A stretch of DNA of 32,000 nt from Pseudodesulfovibrio mercurii (GTDB lineage: Bacteria > Desulfobacterota > Desulfovibrionia > Desulfovibrionales > Desulfovibrionaceae), in assembly GCF_000189295.2 (NCBI RefSeq), contig NC_016803.1, positions 3,000,001 through 3,032,000 on the forward strand, read 5' to 3'. The translations under genes and the position numbers were made by a program. The notes beneath the pieces were generated by a model that saw nothing but the letters and a program-made list of their open reading frames with translations, was not told the origin of the DNA and ran no database searches. Within the stretch, counting starts at the first letter, position 1. Each line of letters begins with the position of its first letter. Shown here piece after piece: positions 30,764 to 32,000 of this stretch.

Positions 30764-32000
30764 TCAGAGGCCGGTGCCCCGGAACAGGACCTTTTGCAGG
30801 CCCAGGGACCACTGGCCCTTGGGGTAGCCCTGGCCCACGGCGTAGTGGTCCAGGGCGCGCTTGGTCTGTGGCCCGAACCGCTTGTCGATGGGGCCCTTGT
30901 AGATGCCCAGTTCCCTGAGGCGGTTCTGGATCAGCTCCACGTCGTCCGGGAAGACCGGGTTGAGGAAGGCCAGGCCGCGTTCCAGAGGACCCTGGGCCGG
31001 GGCGCTGGCCACGGGGGCCGGGGCCGGGGCCGGTCGGGGCGCGGGCTGCGCCGCCGGGATGGCCTGGGGCGCGGACTGGGCGCGGGGAACGGCCTGCGGG
31101 GCCGGTTGGGGCGCGGTCCGGGCCTGCGGTGCGGGCGCGGTCCGGGCGGAGGCGGGCTCGGCGGTGCGCATGGGATCGATGACGTCGTCCGAGTACCCGG
31201 CCTGGGCCGTGCGCGGGGCCTCCTCAACGACCATGGGCCGTCTGGCGGGCTGCGGCTTGTCCGCGGGCTTGGAGTCCCAGCGGGCGATCTGCACGCGGTC
31301 GCGGTCCTTCTCGGGCATGCCGTTGCCCGGCGTGTAGTAGTAGTTGATGTAGAACCGGTCGCGGGAACTGGTGGGCGAGAACTTGGCCGCGAACATGTGC
31401 ACGCGCCAGCCCTGGAAGTCCATGTACCGCTCCTGGTTCTTGACGGAGTTGTCCGTGGCCCGCTTGGCGGTCCTGCGGTCGGAGACGATGGCCTCGAACT
31501 TGGCGTTCAGGGGCAGCCGGTTGCGCAGGAAGGACATGACCATGTAGTTCCCGGCCGGGGCGTCCGTCTGCGGCGGGGTGTAGGCGTGCTCGCGGGCCAG
31601 CCTGTACAGGGCGTTCCAGTCCGAGAAGACCTCGTAGGGGATGGTGGCGAAGGTCTCCATGGGCACGATGAAGACCTCGACCAGGGCCGTGGGCGGCGAG
31701 GCCGTGGCGGCCGCGCACCGGTTGACCCGGATGGCCGCGCCGTTGACCGTGTAGGTGGCCGCGAATTGCAGGGCCGTGAGGCGGCCGCTGCTGTCCGTGA
31801 GGTTTATCACGCCGGAGACGTCGGCGTCGTAGCGGTTGCCCACGCCGTGGTTGGCGTAGCCCACCAGGACGATCCGGCCCGTCTGGAAGGCGGCGTAGAA
31901 GCCGCTCCCCGCGCCTTCGATGGTGGCCTGGGTGCCGGGATCGAAGGTGATGTTCGCCAGGCCCGGCTGGCCCGTTGCCCGGCAGGCGACGGCGTAGGCC
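30764..32000 (-). CDS. Protein with a Pro/Ala-rich linker and a C-terminal peptidoglycan-binding (PG_binding_1-like) domain; the N-terminus lies beyond the window
   Basis: The C-terminus VELIQNRLRELGIYKGPIDKRFGPQTKRALDHYAVGQG matches the PG-binding helix-bundle motif. The minus-strand frame has no stop from 31864 to nt 32000, so the GTG at 31864 in the ORF track is probably internal. Confidence 0.7.
   Translation of the reverse strand, partial: AYAVACRATGQPGLANITFDPGTQATIEGAGSGFYAAFQTGRIVLVGYANHGVGNRYDADVSGVINLTDSSGRLTALQFAATYTVNGAAIRVNRCAAATASPPTALVEVFIVPMETFATIPYEVFSDWNALYRLAREHAYTPPQTDAPAGNYMVMSFLRNRLPLNAKFEAIVSDRRTAKRATDNSVKNQERYMDFQGWRVHMFAAKFSPTSSRDRFYINYYYTPGNGMPEKDRDRVQIARWDSKPADKPQPARRPMVVEEAPRTAQAGYSDDVIDPMRTAEPASARTAPAPQARTAPQPAPQAVPRAQSAPQAIPAAQPAPRPAPAPAPVASAPAQGPLERGLAFLNPVFPDDVELIQNRLRELGIYKGPIDKRFGPQTKRALDHYAVGQGYPKGQWSLGLQKVLFRGTGL

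Noticed and set aside
31000-31160. Short G/C-rich tandem-like repeats (GGGGCCGG..., GCGCGGTCCGGGC twice)
   Set aside because: They lie inside the coding frame of the peptidoglycan-binding protein and encode its Pro/Ala/Gln-rich linker. This is low-complexity coding sequence, not a CRISPR array or an independent repeat element.

Overview
GC-rich chromosomal segment with strong G/C at third codon positions. Gene order resembles Desulfovibrio-type Deltaproteobacteria (inference from synteny only). I see no rRNA, tRNA, CRISPR array, transposase or integrase. Almost all of it is housekeeping. Left to right: the translation cluster ffh(partial)-rpsP-KH-rimM-trmD-rplS, then rnhB and three small secreted or lipoprotein genes. 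A long minus-strand run follows: bioB-bioY-bioY-PTS IID-ptsH-ptsI-smpB. Then a small membrane-protein gene, yraN-rsmI and a Gfo/Idh/MocA oxidoreductase. Next come a TPR-fetA-fetB operon, two consecutive XRE-HTH/cupin regulator + AMP-forming acyl-CoA ligase modules, and an Nramp(MntH)-USP fusion. The window ends with a metallophosphoesterase-rlmH-small acidic protein operon, an ATPase_2/DUF234-type AAA+ gene convergent with a LonC-like protease, and a partial peptidoglycan-binding protein. Many long ORFs in the track are antisense or out-of-frame shadows typical of high-GC DNA, and I rejected them. I cannot demonstrate a clear new multi-gene system. The most unexplained signal is a tandemly duplicated ~185-nt structured noncoding module between rplS and rnhB, with compensatory base changes and near-identical intrinsic terminators. 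Other points worth a second look: a TrmD-second-SPOUT fusion; the paired regulator/ligase modules; the Lon-like protease with a Walker A Lys->Arg abutting the AAA+ gene; a 554-nt gene-free gap with a polypurine mirror repeat; and a 27-bp-stem palindrome upstream of mntH.
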